A DNA stretch of 64,000 nucleotides from Halanaerobiaceae bacterium. Lineage in GTDB: Bacteria > Bacillota > Halanaerobiia > Halanaerobiales > Halarsenatibacteraceae. Position 1 is the first letter of the stretch, and each line of letters begins with the position of its first letter. Positions 9,844 to 19,359 of the stretch are shown here, one piece after another. The notes under the pieces are model-generated. The model did not search any database. It was not told the DNA's origin and saw only the letters and a list, made by a program, of their open reading frames with translations. A program made the translations under genes and the position numbers. Location: contig SLJX01000060.1 in assembly GCA_007134885.1 (NCBI GenBank), forward strand, positions 1,914-65,913. The letters are read 5' to 3'.

Positions 9844-10116
9844 AGCCTCTGCGCTGTTTTGTGTGAGTTTTCTCATAAATTTCTTCATGAATTTTTTCGA
9901 TTCTAGCTTCATTTGGATTAAAAATAAATTTATAGTATAATGAAATCAGCTAATGGATGTTAGTAATTTATGCTGGTAGCTGACCGGTTGAGATTATCGC
10001 AAGTTTTATTCCGATAATTGCTGGCGCAGGTAAAGTAAATTTCTTTAACAAAAATATTTAATGATTGCCCTGCCTAAAGTAGATTTATAACAGCAAACCA
10101 AAAAGGGGGAGTTAAA

Positions 10117-11169
10117 ATGACTGAAAACATTGAGAAACTTCTGGGTTCTGAAGCTGACTATCTTTTAGATCACCACAGTGAAACTATTCCGGCTGAAAAA
10201 CTGCATCAGCCCGGTCCTGACATTGTGGACCGCATTTATGCTCCCATGGACAGACCGACTTCCGTACTACGCAATCTTCAGCTGATCTTAAATTCCGGCC
10301 GACTGGCCGGCACCGGTTATATCAATATTCTGCCGGTTGACCAGGGCATAGAGCATTCTGCTGGAGCATCTTTTGCTCCCAATCCCGCCTATTTTGACCC
10401 GGAAAATATTGTTAAGCTCGGGATTGAGGGAGGCTGCAATGCCGTAGCTTCCACTCTGGGAGTGCTGGGCAGCGTCTCCCGCAAATATGCTCACAAAATA
10501 CCCTTTATTGTCAAGCTTAATCACAATGAGCTGCTGAGCTATCCCAAAAACTATGATCAGATCTTTTTCTCCAGCGTAGAGCAGGCCTTTAATCTCGGGG
10601 CAGTGGGGGTAGGTGCCACCATCTACTTTGGCTCCCAGGAGAGCAACCGCCAGATTCAGGAGGTTGCAGAAGCCTTTGAGTATGCTCATTCCCTGGGAAT
10701 GGTCACCATTCTCTGGGCCTATCTCAGAAATCCTGAATTTAAAACCGACCAGGATGATTACCACACTGCTGCTGACCTGACCGGTCAGGCCAACCACCTG
10801 GCTTCCACCATCGAAGCTGATATAGTCAAGCAGAAGCAGCCGGAAACCAATGACGGTTACCGCAACATCGGTTTTGGCCGCACCGATGACAGGGTTTACA
10901 GCGATCTGACCTCCGATCATCCCATTGATTTAACCCGTTATCAGGTGGCCAACTGCTATATGGGACGGATCGGTTTGATTAATTCTGGCGGTGCTTCCGG
11001 GGAAAATGACCTCCAGCAGGTCGTCAGAACTGCGGTTATTAACAAACGGGCCGGAGGTATGGGGCTTATAACCGGCCGTAAGGCCTTCCAGAAACCCCTG
11101 GAAGATGGTATCGAAATTCTGCATACCCTGCAGGATGTCTATCTAGATGATAGTATTGACCTGGCTTAA
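10117..11169 (+). CDS. fbaB: Class I fructose-bisphosphate aldolase (FbaB/DhnA type)
   Basis: At 350 aa it is colinear with remembered E. coli FbaB: LRN...[66 protein letters not shown]. Confidence 0.9.
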   Translation: MTENIEKLLGSEADYLLDHHSETIPAEKLHQPGPDIVDRIYAPMDRPTSVLRNLQLILNSGRLAGTGYINILPVDQGIEHSAGASFAPNPAYFDPENIVKLGIEGGCNAVASTLGVLGSVSRKYAHKIPFIVKLNHNELLSYPKNYDQIFFSSVEQAFNLGAVGVGATIYFGSQESNRQIQEVAEAFEYAHSLGMVTILWAYLRNPEFKTDQDDYHTAADLTGQANHLASTIEADIVKQKQPETNDGYRNIGFGRTDDRVYSDLTSDHPIDLTRYQVANCYMGRIGLINSGGASGENDLQQVVRTAVINKRAGGMGLITGRKAFQKPLEDGIEILHTLQDVYLDDSIDLA

Positions 11170-11262
11170 ATTAAAAGCTGCACTTAAATAATTAAACCGT
11201 TTTTAAATTATAAAACTGCAGGCGGCACCGCAATAACTTAAGGCAGTATCGCACTCCGCAGA

Positions 11263-11320
11263 CTCCCGGCCTGGATGAAACTCTTCCTCTTAAAATTCAG
11301 GCCGGGAGATTTAAATTTTG
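11263..11320 (+). terminator. Probable terminator after fbaB
   Basis: An 11-bp stem joins CTCCCGGCCTG (11263-11273) and CAGGCCGGGAG (11298-11308). The loop is long and the T-tract is weak (ATTTAAATTTT). Confidence 0.45.
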
Positions 11321-11530
11321 TTATAAACCTTGCCAAGAAAAAACATTGTAATTCTGCTAAAAACATTGTATTTATAAGCTTTTAACGGTATAATAATTAT
11401 AATCAAAAAAATTTAAGAAAATAAAGTATGGTCTCGGACATTTGTCCTGAACGCAAATAATTAAAAAAATATTATTTTTAAGCGAAGAAAAATATGCCGG
11501 CAAATTGCTTATTTCCCGGGAGGCAAAAAA

Positions 11531-11773
11531 ATGAAATTTAAAGTTTATGGCGGTGGCTGTTTAAAATGCGATAAAACGATTAAACGCCTGAACAAAGTTC
11601 TGCAGGAAGAGGGCAGTCAGGCTGAAGTTCAGCATATCAATGATCTGGATAAAATAGCCAGCCAGGGAGTTTTACTGACCCCGGCCGTTTATCTTGATGA
11701 TGAACTGATTCACCAGGGAAGGGTTCCCCGTGAGAGTGAAATTAGAGAATGGCTGAAAAAGGGTGTTTCCTGA
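11531..11773 (+). CDS. Thioredoxin-fold small redox protein (Thioredoxin_3 / MTH895-like)
   Basis: It is 80 aa, and the N-terminal KVYGGGCLKCDKT provides a CxxC motif at the start of helix 1. Confidence 0.7.
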   Translation: MKFKVYGGGCLKCDKTIKRLNKVLQEEGSQAEVQHINDLDKIASQGVLLTPAVYLDDELIHQGRVPRESEIREWLKKGVS

Positions 11774-11775
11774 AT

Positions 11776-12414
11776 ATGTCTTTAAGCTACAACAGGAGAG
11801 ACCCGGCTGACAAAAATCCTGCTCTGACAAAGGCCAGACAGGAGTTCAAAAATATGGACCCCGATTTCATTGTCGGGAGGACGGGCTTAAACTTCAATCA
11901 GGATATGCAGTTTTTTAATCTGACAGCCTTCACTAACCAGTATCAGATCAGCTATCCCGGTGGAGATATTTTCCGGCTGAATTCCAGTGATGAACCCCCG
12001 GTGGGATTAAAAATTGTTTTGCTCCATTTTCTTCTCCAGGGTAATAATTTTCCCCTCCGCAGCCGGTATATTTCCTTTCAGGAAATACCCGATGCCGGAC
12101 CCTATGCGGGGCCTTTCAAACGCCAGGCCATCCAGCCTGTGGTTGAAAAATTTGGCCGCAGTCCGGAACTGCTGAAAAAATCCGCCCGCAATCTTAAAGC
12201 CAGTTTTATTGAAAAAAGCGATCTCGGTTTTACCCTGGAAGCCCTTCCCACTGTTCCGCTTACCTATCTGGTCTGGTTTGGAGATGATGAGCTGAAAGGA
12301 GGAGCTAGTCTGGTTTTTGATTATTCAATTATCACCAAGCTTCCCACGGAAGATATCTCTTTTCTGGGTGAGTATGCAACCGAACTTCTCCTGAATTTTG
12401 CTGCTAATTCCTGA
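11776..12414 (+). CDS. Hypothetical protein (tentatively DUF3786-like)
   Basis: It has good coding continuity and ATG 11776 lies just after the upstream stop. The family assignment rests only on a weak memory of the family and has not been checked. Confidence 0.5.
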   Translation: MSLSYNRRDPADKNPALTKARQEFKNMDPDFIVGRTGLNFNQDMQFFNLTAFTNQYQISYPGGDIFRLNSSDEPPVGLKIVLLHFLLQGNNFPLRSRYISFQEIPDAGPYAGPFKRQAIQPVVEKFGRSPELLKKSARNLKASFIEKSDLGFTLEALPTVPLTYLVWFGDDELKGGASLVFDYSIITKLPTEDISFLGEYATELLLNFAANS

Positions 12415-12490
12415 GATCAGGCAGGAATTTGCAGCTTCGATCTCAAATATAATATTATCACAATTAAACTCAAACAAAGCAGGTGAGAAA

Positions 12491-13636
12491 ATGAAGAAAA
12501 AAATTGCAATTATCTTACTTATTTTTTCAGTGGTATTACTCGGTCAGCCTGACCAGGCCGGTGCCTTTGAGCTGGGAGCTGAATCGGCAATTTTAATTGA
12601 AGCAGAAACCGGGCAGGTGTTATATGAAACCAATGCCGACCAGGAGCTGCCTCCGGCCAGCATAACCAAAATTATGACCATGCTGCTGACCATGGAAGCA
12701 GTTGAAAGAGGTGAGCTGGCTTTAGATGATGTGGTGACCATCAGTCAGGCTGCTTCTGATATGGGTGGCTCTCAAATCTTTTTAAATGCTGGAAATGAAG
12801 TTACTGTTGAGGATCTGCTGAAAGCCGTGGTTATTGCCTCTGCCAATGATGCCACCTATGCCCTGGCTGAAGAAGTAGGCGGCAGTTATATGGGTTTTGT
12901 CGATATGATGAATGACAGAGCAGCTGAACTGGGAATGGACAGCACCAGCTTCCGTAACTCCACCGGCCTTCCTGCCGAAGACCACTACACCACTGCCCGG
13001 GATATTACCAAAATGTCCCGGAAAGTGATTGAATATCCCGAAATTCAGGAATGGGGTCAGATCTGGGTCGATTATGTTGAGCTTCCTGACCGCGATGCCA
13101 TGCTGGCAAATTTGAACCATATGATAAACACCTATGACGGCATGGATGGAATTAAAACCGGCAGAACTCAGGCAGCCGGTTACTGTCTGGCGGCCAGTGC
13201 TGAAAGGGATGGTTTTAGATTAATCTCGGTTATTATGCGGGCTGAAAGTGATGAAGAAAGGCAGCAGCTGACAGCTGATCTGCTGAATTACGGTTTTAAT
13301 AATTTCACCAGAAAAGTTCTGCTTGATGCCGATGAAGTTATCCAGAATATATCTATTCCTGAAAGCAGTGCCGGCCAGGTCAGCGGCAGACTTGCTGAAG
13401 ATTTACAGATAATGATCCCCCGTCGGGATGATGAGCTGGCAGAAACCCGGGTTATTTTACCGGATGAATATGAGCTTCCCATAGCTGAAGGTGAGAAGAT
13501 AGGAGAAGTTGCTGCTCTGCTTGAAGGAGAAGAGGTTAACCGGGTTGATCTTCTGGCTGCTGAAGATATTGCCAGGGCTAACATTTTTTTGAGATTATTT
13601 AGAGCTGTTGCTGATTTTCTAGGAGGATTATTTTAA
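12491..13636 (+). CDS. Serine-type D-Ala-D-Ala carboxypeptidase (PBP5/DacF-like)
   Basis: ATG 12491 follows AGGTGAG, and MKKKIAIILLIFSVVLLG is a signal peptide. The SITK (SxxK), SAND (SxN) and KTGRT (KTG) motifs are all present. Confidence 0.88.
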   Translation: MKKKIAIILLIFSVVLLGQPDQAGAFELGAESAILIEAETGQVLYETNADQELPPASITKIMTMLLTMEAVERGELALDDVVTISQAASDMGGSQIFLNAGNEVTVEDLLKAVVIASANDATYALAEEVGGSYMGFVDMMNDRAAELGMDSTSFRNSTGLPAEDHYTTARDITKMSRKVIEYPEIQEWGQIWVDYVELPDRDAMLANLNHMINTYDGMDGIKTGRTQAAGYCLAASAERDGFRLISVIMRAESDEERQQLTADLLNYGFNNFTRKVLLDADEVIQNISIPESSAGQVSGRLAEDLQIMIPRRDDELAETRVILPDEYELPIAEGEKIGEVAALLEGEEVNRVDLLAAEDIARANIFLRLFRAVADFLGGLF

Positions 13637-13704
13637 TTATTTATTATAAAATAAAGGATTTTCACCTCCCTGTCTTTAATAATTTAAGGGAGGAGGTGTA
13701 ATTA

Positions 13705-14139
13705 ATGCGGAAAACTGGTATTGTTATCTTATCACTTATGCTTGTTTTAAGTTTTGCTGTGTTATCCGGCAGCCCGGCAGCAGCAGATAATCCAGCTATA
13801 GCTTCAATCAGCACCGAGCAAATTTTCCAGGCTCATCCGGCAATTCAGCGGGTTCAGGCCGAACTTCAGCAGAGACAGAGTGAAATGATGCAGGAGCTGG
13901 AAGATGCAGATGAAGAAGAAGCTATGATGCTGCAGCAGCAGATGCAGCAGGAACTGCAGATGCTCCAGCAGGAACTTCTGGACGAAGCCTTTCTGGAAAT
14001 TGAAGAAGATGTCGGCAGAGTTGCTGCTGAGCTGGGTTATGATGTTGTCATAGATCCTCAGGGCATTGTTTATGGCGCTGATGTGCTTGACCTGGAGGAT
14101 ATTACTGAAGAAGTTCTAGCAGCTCTGGAAGAGGAGTAA
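13705..14139 (+). CDS. OmpH/Skp-like periplasmic chaperone (secreted Q/E-rich coiled coil)
   Basis: It has a signal peptide ending in SPAAA, then a helical Q/E/M-rich repeat region, and is 144 aa. It is consistent with a diderm Firmicute. Confidence 0.5.
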   Translation: MRKTGIVILSLMLVLSFAVLSGSPAAADNPAIASISTEQIFQAHPAIQRVQAELQQRQSEMMQELEDADEEEAMMLQQQMQQELQMLQQELLDEAFLEIEEDVGRVAAELGYDVVIDPQGIVYGADVLDLEDITEEVLAALEEE

Positions 14140-14177
14140 ATCTTCTAATTTATAAATAATATTTTTCCTGCAAAATC

Positions 14178-14203
14178 AGGACCCCTCCGGGGGTCCTTTT
14201 TAC
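14178..14203 (+). terminator. Intrinsic terminator
   Basis: AGGACCCC (14178-14185) and GGGGTCCT (14190-14197) form a stem around a TCCG loop, followed by TTTTT. Confidence 0.75.
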
Positions 14204-14413
14204 TTTGTTCCTGAATCTCGCGGTGCCGGCTGATTGATAATCTAACTCAATAAATAATAAAAATATGAGGAATGCCAGAGGAAACTACCAGAAGAAATTT
14301 GAAATAAACCTTGCAAAAAACTTGATGAATAAATTAACAAAAAGAATAAAAATTTGCTGAATTTTATGTTATAATAAAGAAACAAACTGGAAAATTAATC
14401 AGGAGGAGATCAA

Positions 14414-16489
14414 ATGAGTTTTACCAGAGATAGGCTCAATTTAGATCTGAAAGATGCCATGCAGATTAAACTGCCGGATGAGCTTCCCGAGAAACCGGAT
14501 TTTCGTGCTGACATTCGTCGGGCCCCGAAAAGAGAGTTCAATCTGGATCAGCAGGAGATTGAGCTGGCTGTGAAAAATGCCCTGAGATATGTTCCTGCTG
14601 AACACCATGATAGGCTGGCTCCCGAATTTTTGCAGGAGCTTCTTACCCGGGGTAGGATCTACGGGTACCGCTACCGACCTCCGGGGAATATCAGCGCCCG
14701 GCCGGTAGAGGAATATCAGGGCAGAACCCTGGAGGGCAGGGCTCTCCAGCTAATGATTGATAACAACCTGGATTTTGAGGTGGCCCTTTATCCCTATGAA
14801 CTGGTTACCTACGGAGAAACGGGGCAGGTCTGTCAGAACTGGATGCAGTACCGGCTGATTAAAGGCTACCTGCAGGAGATGAGAAAAGACCAGACCCTGG
14901 TGGTTCATTCCGGCCATCCTCTGGGGCTATTCCCCTCCCATTCCGGGGCTCCCCGGGTTATTTCCACCAATGCGCTGATGGTCGGCATGTTTGATGATCC
15001 CGGTCATTTCAATAAGGCAGCTGCCCTGGGAGTGGCCAATTACGGCCAGATGACTGCCGGAGGCTGGATGTATATCGGTCCCCAGGGTATTGTCCACGGC
15101 ACCTATTTAACTCTGCTCAATGCCGGCCGCAAATTTCTTGGCAATGACGCTGATGAAGACTTAAGCGGCCAGCTCTATGTCACTTCCGGCCTGGGCGGGA
15201 TGAGCGGGGCCCAGGCTAAAGCCGTTGAAATAGCTGGAGGAGTGGGAGTGATTGCCGAAGTGGATAAATCCCGGATCGAGACCCGGTTGAAACAGAACTG
15301 GCTCTCCCGGGTTTCTGACAATCTGGATGAGATTTTTACCTGGGTTGAAAAATACCAGCGGCAGGAGAAAGCTGTATCAATTGGCTATCATGGCAATGTT
15401 GTCGATCTTCTGGAATATATAGTTGAAAATCAGATTGAGGTCGATCTCCTCTCAGATCAGACCTCCTGTCATGAGGCTTATTCCGGCGGCTATATTCCTC
15501 AGGGCTTTTCCTTTGCCGAAGCCCGGGATTTACTGGCCGAAGACCCGGATAACTTTAAACAGGCTGTGGATAAATCTCTCAAGAGGCATTTCAGTTTGAT
15601 TCAAAAGATTACGGCTCTGGGCACCTATTTCTTTGATTACGGCAACAGCTTCATGAAGGCTGTCTATGATGCCGGGGTGGATGAGATTGCCCTGGATCCC
15701 GATAATCCCGACCGGGGCTTTATCTTCCCTTCCTATGTCGAGGATATTATGGGTCCCATCTGCTTTGATTACGGTTACGGACCCTTCCGCTGGGTCTGTC
15801 TTACCGGGGAGAAATCCGACCTCAAAAAGACCGACCGGGCTGCTCAGCAGTGCATTGATCCTGACCGTCGGGCCCAGGATTATGACAATTACCACTGGAT
15901 TAAAGATGCCGAGGACAATGACCTGGTGGTTGGATCTCAGGCCAGAATACTCTATGCTGATGGTCCGGGCCGGATTAAAATTGCCCTGAAATTTAATGAA
16001 CTGATTCGCAGGGGTGAAATTGGTCCTGTGATGCTGGGCCGGGACCACCATGATACCGGAGGTACCGATTCTCCCTTCCGAGAGACGGCCAATATTAAGG
16101 ATGGCAGCAATATCATGGCCGAGATGTCCATCCACTGTTTTGCCGGTAATGCCGCCCGGGGCATGACCCTGGCAGTTCAGAGCAACGGCGGCGGGGTTGG
16201 CATCGGCAAGTGCTTTAACAGCGGCTTCGGACTGGTGCTGGATGGCAGTGAAAGGGTTGATAAAATAATAAAATCCGCGGTGGACTGGGATGTCCACGGC
16301 GGAGTTGCCCGCCGGGCCTGGGCCCGCAATCAGCCTGCTATTGAGACCATGCTGGACTGGCAGCAGTCCGGCGATCAGCAGGGAAGTGCTCCCGGCCATA
16401 TTACCCTGCCCTTTATAGCAGATGATGACTTTATTGAAGAGCTGGTTGCTGATCAGCTGGAGCAGCAGAAAACGGAAAAAGGAAATTAA
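14414..16489 (+). CDS. hutU: Urocanate hydratase, long form (691 aa)
   Basis: The family motifs YGQMTAGGWMYIGPQGIVHGT, GLGGMSGAQ and GRDHHD are all present. Confidence 0.88.
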   Translation: MSFTRDRLNLDLKDAMQIKLPDELPEKPDFRADIRRAPKREFNLDQQEIELAVKNALRYVPAEHHDRLAPEFLQELLTRGRIYGYRYRPPGNISARPVEEYQGRTLEGRALQLMIDNNLDFEVALYPYELVTYGETGQVCQNWMQYRLIKGYLQEMRKDQTLVVHSGHPLGLFPSHSGAPRVISTNALMVGMFDDPGHFNKAAALGVANYGQMTAGGWMYIGPQGIVHGTYLTLLNAGRKFLGNDADEDLSGQLYVTSGLGGMSGAQAKAVEIAGGVGVIAEVDKSRIETRLKQNWLSRVSDNLDEIFTWVEKYQRQEKAVSIGYHGNVVDLLEYIVENQIEVDLLSDQTSCHEAYSGGYIPQGFSFAEARDLLAEDPDNFKQAVDKSLKRHFSLIQKITALGTYFFDYGNSFMKAVYDAGVDEIALDPDNPDRGFIFPSYVEDIMGPICFDYGYGPFRWVCLTGEKSDLKKTDRAAQQCIDPDRRAQDYDNYHWIKDAEDNDLVVGSQARILYADGPGRIKIALKFNELIRRGEIGPVMLGRDHHDTGGTDSPFRETANIKDGSNIMAEMSIHCFAGNAARGMTLAVQSNGGGVGIGKCFNSGFGLVLDGSERVDKIIKSAVDWDVHGGVARRAWARNQPAIETMLDWQQSGDQQGSAPGHITLPFIADDDFIEELVADQLEQQKTEKGN

Positions 16490-16492
16490 TTC

Positions 16493-16521
16493 TTGACATC
16501 TCAGATGAATTAGGATATCAT
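16493..16521 (+). promoter_or_regulatory. Candidate promoter for mtrB (TTGACA-17 nt-TATCAT)
   Basis: TTGACA lies at 16493-16498 and TATCAT at 16516-16521. Confidence 0.5.
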
Positions 16522-16565
16522 TACTTTTAAGTATTAAATTGATGAGAAATTGATGGGGTGATCCA

Positions 16566-16784
16566 ATGGAAGCACCTGCTGGTGATTATATCACCATTAA
16601 GGCTTTGGAAGATGGGGTTAACATTATCGGCCTGACCCGGGGAGAACAGACCAAATTTCACCACACCGAAAAGCTGGACCGGGGCGAGGTTATGATAGCC
16701 CAGTTTACCAAACATACCTCGGCAATTAAAATTAGAGGCCGGGCGGAAATAATTACCGAACACGGCCGTCTGGAATCAGAATGA
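16566..16784 (+). CDS. mtrB: trp RNA-binding attenuation protein (TRAP)
   Basis: It is 72 aa. [52 protein letters not shown] is nearly identical to remembered B. subtilis MtrB ([49 protein letters not shown]). Confidence 0.92.
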   Translation: MEAPAGDYITIKALEDGVNIIGLTRGEQTKFHHTEKLDRGEVMIAQFTKHTSAIKIRGRAEIITEHGRLESE

Positions 16785-16785
16785 C

Positions 16786-16894
16786 ATTTAAGCTGATCAT
16801 TTAAGCTGATCATTTAACTTGTTTAATTAGACAGACAACAGAGAATTATTTACCAGAATCAGTTGCCACAGAATTATTTGCCAGAACCAGTTAC
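16786..16894 (+). repeat. Tandem duplications between mtrB and the trp leader
   Basis: CATTTAAGCTGAT occurs twice in tandem (16786-16811) with a partial third copy. A ~28-bp unit CA(GA)GAATTATTTRCCAGAAYCAGTTRC also occurs twice (about 16839-16894). Confidence 0.8.
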
Positions 16895-16969
16895 CCCAAC
16901 AAACTACCGAAAACAGCTACTGGAGATAGCTTATAAAAAATCCATTTAGAATAAAAAAATAATACAGCC

Positions 16970-17016
16970 GAGATGAGAAGAGTTGAGCCAGGAAAGATGA
17001 GCTGAGATGAGTTGAG
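16970..17016 (+). promoter_or_regulatory. TRAP binding site: GAG triplet array in the trp leader
   Basis: GAG triplets start at 16970, 16975, 16980 and 16985, and again at 16999, 17004, 17009 and 17014. Spacers within each block are 2 nt. The two blocks are separated by 11 nt containing AGG and AAG. Confidence 0.8.
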
Positions 17017-17049
17017 TGTATCACTATGTCTTATTATGCCTTTAATTAG

Positions 17050-17085
17050 CCATCGGACCCTGGTCCGGTGGTTTTTATTTTTGCA
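17050..17085 (+). terminator. trp attenuator terminator
   Basis: CCATCGGAC (17050-17058) pairs with GTCCGGTGG (17063-17071), followed by TTTTTATTTTTG. It sits 25 nt before the trpE start. Confidence 0.8.
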
Positions 17086-17109
17086 GTTACCATAAAAGGA
17101 GTGTTCTCA

Positions 17110-18705
17110 ATGCTTCAACTTTCAGAAACTGAATTTCTTGATTTAGCCAACCGGTATCAAATTGTGCCGGTCTATAAAAAAATCCCGGCAGACAGCCGTT
17201 CTCCCGTTGCTCTTTTTGCCAGCTTTCAAGAGGGGCCCTTTACTTATCTTCTGGAGAGTGCTGAACAGGATGGCAAGATCGGGCGTTATTCCTTTATTGG
17301 ACTGGATTATTATGAAGTTATCAATTTTCAGGGGGGTGTTTTAACCCGCTTAAAACCAGCCTCCGTTGTTTCAAAGACCGGGCAAACCGGCTCCCTTGAA
17401 TCATATTTCTCCCTGGAAACCGATCAGCCTCTGGAAGCCCTCCAGAAGATTCTCAAGGAATATCAGGGCCCTCAGCTTGAGGATCTGCCTCTTTTTTATG
17501 GCGGGGCAGTCGGGTATCTGAGTTATGATATGGCCGGCTACTTTGAGGATGTAGCTAATCCCGATCAGAAAGATGACCTGGGAATGCCGGAAATGCTCTA
17601 CATTCTTTCCGATACACTTATTATCTATGACCATTTGCAAGAAACCATTAAAATTGTTAAGAACATAAAAACTGCTGGCCAGAACCGAAAAGAGCTCCAG
17701 AATAATTACCAGCGGAGCAAAAAATATCTGGAAGAGGTTTCTGCCAGAATAGCAGCTGCCCCCCGGGAGCCGGGAGCCATAAACTCTAAAGAATCGGCCT
17801 CCAGAGGAGAATTGCTGGCAGACAAAACTCAAATTAATACCAGAAACGCCGGGAATGATGATCCGGATATCGAGGAGATTACCTCCAGCATGAGCCCTTC
17901 CCGGTTTAAAGCCAGAGTCAGGCAGATAAAGGACCACATCACCCGGGGCGATATTTTTCAGGCGGTCCTCTCTCAGCGGCTTTCTCTTTCCACCAGAGCT
18001 TCCGGTTTTGAAATTTATCAAAAACTGCGCCGGATTAATCCCTCGCCCTATATGTATTATCTGGATCTGGATGAATTTGAAATAATCGGTTCTTCTCCCG
18101 AAGTTTTGGTCCGGGTAGAGGATGGATTGGTTTATAACCGACCGCTGGCCGGCACCCGAAAAAGAGGAAAAGACTCTGTCGAGGATGAAAGCCTGGCCCG
18201 GGATCTAAAGCAGGATAAAAAGGAAAGAGCTGAACATATGATGCTGGTAGATCTGGGACGTAACGATGTGGGCCGGGTTAGCAGTTATGGAACCGTTAAG
18301 GTGGAAGAGCTGATGGGAGTGGAGTATTACTCCCATGTGATGCATCTCTTTTCCAGCATAACCGGTAAACTTTGCCCTGACTCTACCCCCTTTCAGGCCC
18401 TGAAGGCCTGTTTTCCCGCCGGCACAGTTTCCGGGGCGCCCAAAATTAAAGCGATGGAGATCATAAACAGGCTGGAACCCGTCAGACGGGGACCCTATGC
18501 TGGTAGTCTGGGTTATTTCGGTTATTCCGGGAATCTGGACAGCTGCATTACCATCAGAACAATCCTGCTGCAGAACAAAACAGCCCATGTTCAGGCCGGA
18601 GCCGGCATAGTCCATGATTCTCAACCAGAAAAGGAATATCAGGAAACCCTCAACAAAGCTGAAGCCCTGCTTCAGGCTGTAAGAGAGGCCGGAGGTGAGA
18701 TATAG
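17110..18705 (+). CDS. trpE: Anthranilate synthase component I
   Basis: It reads LESAE...GRYSFIG, GDIFQAVLSQR, NPSPYMYY and GAGIVHDS. ATG 17110 follows AAGGAG; the track ORF begins upstream at 17068, inside the terminator. Confidence 0.92.
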   Translation: MLQLSETEFLDLANRYQIVPVYKKIPADSRSPVALFASFQEGPFTYLLESAEQDGKIGRYSFIGLDYYEVINFQGGVLTRLKPASVVSKTGQTGSLESYFSLETDQPLEALQKILKEYQGPQLEDLPLFYGGAVGYLSYDMAGYFEDVANPDQKDDLGMPEMLYILSDTLIIYDHLQETIKIVKNIKTAGQNRKELQNNYQRSKKYLEEVSARIAAAPREPGAINSKESASRGELLADKTQINTRNAGNDDPDIEEITSSMSPSRFKARVRQIKDHITRGDIFQAVLSQRLSLSTRASGFEIYQKLRRINPSPYMYYLDLDEFEIIGSSPEVLVRVEDGLVYNRPLAGTRKRGKDSVEDESLARDLKQDKKERAEHMMLVDLGRNDVGRVSSYGTVKVEELMGVEYYSHVMHLFSSITGKLCPDSTPFQALKACFPAGTVSGAPKIKAMEIINRLEPVRRGPYAGSLGYFGYSGNLDSCITIRTILLQNKTAHVQAGAGIVHDSQPEKEYQETLNKAEALLQAVREAGGEI

Positions 18706-19262
18706 TGATTCTGCTTATTGATAATTACGATTCCTTTACCTACAACCTGGCCCAGCTGGTTGGCCCAAAAACTAAACTTGAAATCTGGCGCAATGACAGC
18801 TTTACCCGAAAAAAACTTGAGCAGCTCAATCCCGATGGAATAATCATCTCGCCCGGACCGGGCAGGCCAGAGGATACCGGACTCTGCTTTCAGGTGATAG
18901 AGTGGCTGGCAGGAGAGGTTCCGGTTCTGGGAGTCTGTCTGGGGCACCAATTGATTGCAGAAATTCTGGGTGGGAAGGTAATCCAGTCAGGAGAAATAGT
19001 TCACGGCAAAACCTCCCGGGTCAGAGTCAAAGGCGGAGAGCTTTTAAAAGATCTAACAGAATTTACTGCCGCCAGGTATCATTCCCTGATTGTTGACAGC
19101 AGCAGTACCCGGGTTTCTTATGATATTACAGCTGTGGATGAGAAGAATAATATCATGGCCCTTGAAAATACCGAAAGAAATCTTTTTGGAATTCAATTTC
19201 ATCCCGAATCAATTATGACCGAATGCGGAGAAAAGATAATTGACAACTTTTTAAGTCTTTGA
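18705..19262 (+). CDS. trpG: Anthranilate synthase component II (glutamine amidotransferase)
   Basis: It reads ILLIDNYDSFTYNL, PVLGVCLGHQ and GIQFHPES. The GTG start overlaps the trpE stop by 1 nt. Confidence 0.92.
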   Translation: MILLIDNYDSFTYNLAQLVGPKTKLEIWRNDSFTRKKLEQLNPDGIIISPGPGRPEDTGLCFQVIEWLAGEVPVLGVCLGHQLIAEILGGKVIQSGEIVHGKTSRVRVKGGELLKDLTEFTAARYHSLIVDSSSTRVSYDITAVDEKNNIMALENTERNLFGIQFHPESIMTECGEKIIDNFLSL

Positions 19263-19359
19263 TTTGATATATTTTTGTTGATATATATAACTTTCTAATT
19301 TATGAAAATTTATTTATGGACATTTTATGACCTTATGATTGCCAAAAAACACTTATAAG

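Noticed and set aside
10288-10920. A 210-aa minus-strand ORF inside fbaB.
   Set aside because: It is antisense to a gene that is colinear with E. coli FbaB and has no independent support.
15530-16399. A 289-aa minus-strand ORF inside hutU.
   Set aside because: It is an antisense shadow of a well-supported + strand gene. It has no RBS, no recognisable motifs, and a composition typical of an antisense frame. The same reasoning applies to 15666-15989 (+) and 15952-16164 (-).
17401-18021. A 206-aa minus-strand ORF inside trpE. The 190-aa ORF at 19353-19925 (-) inside trpD is similar.
   Set aside because: Both are antisense shadows of trp genes. Their Pro/Ser/Arg-rich composition is typical of reverse frames.
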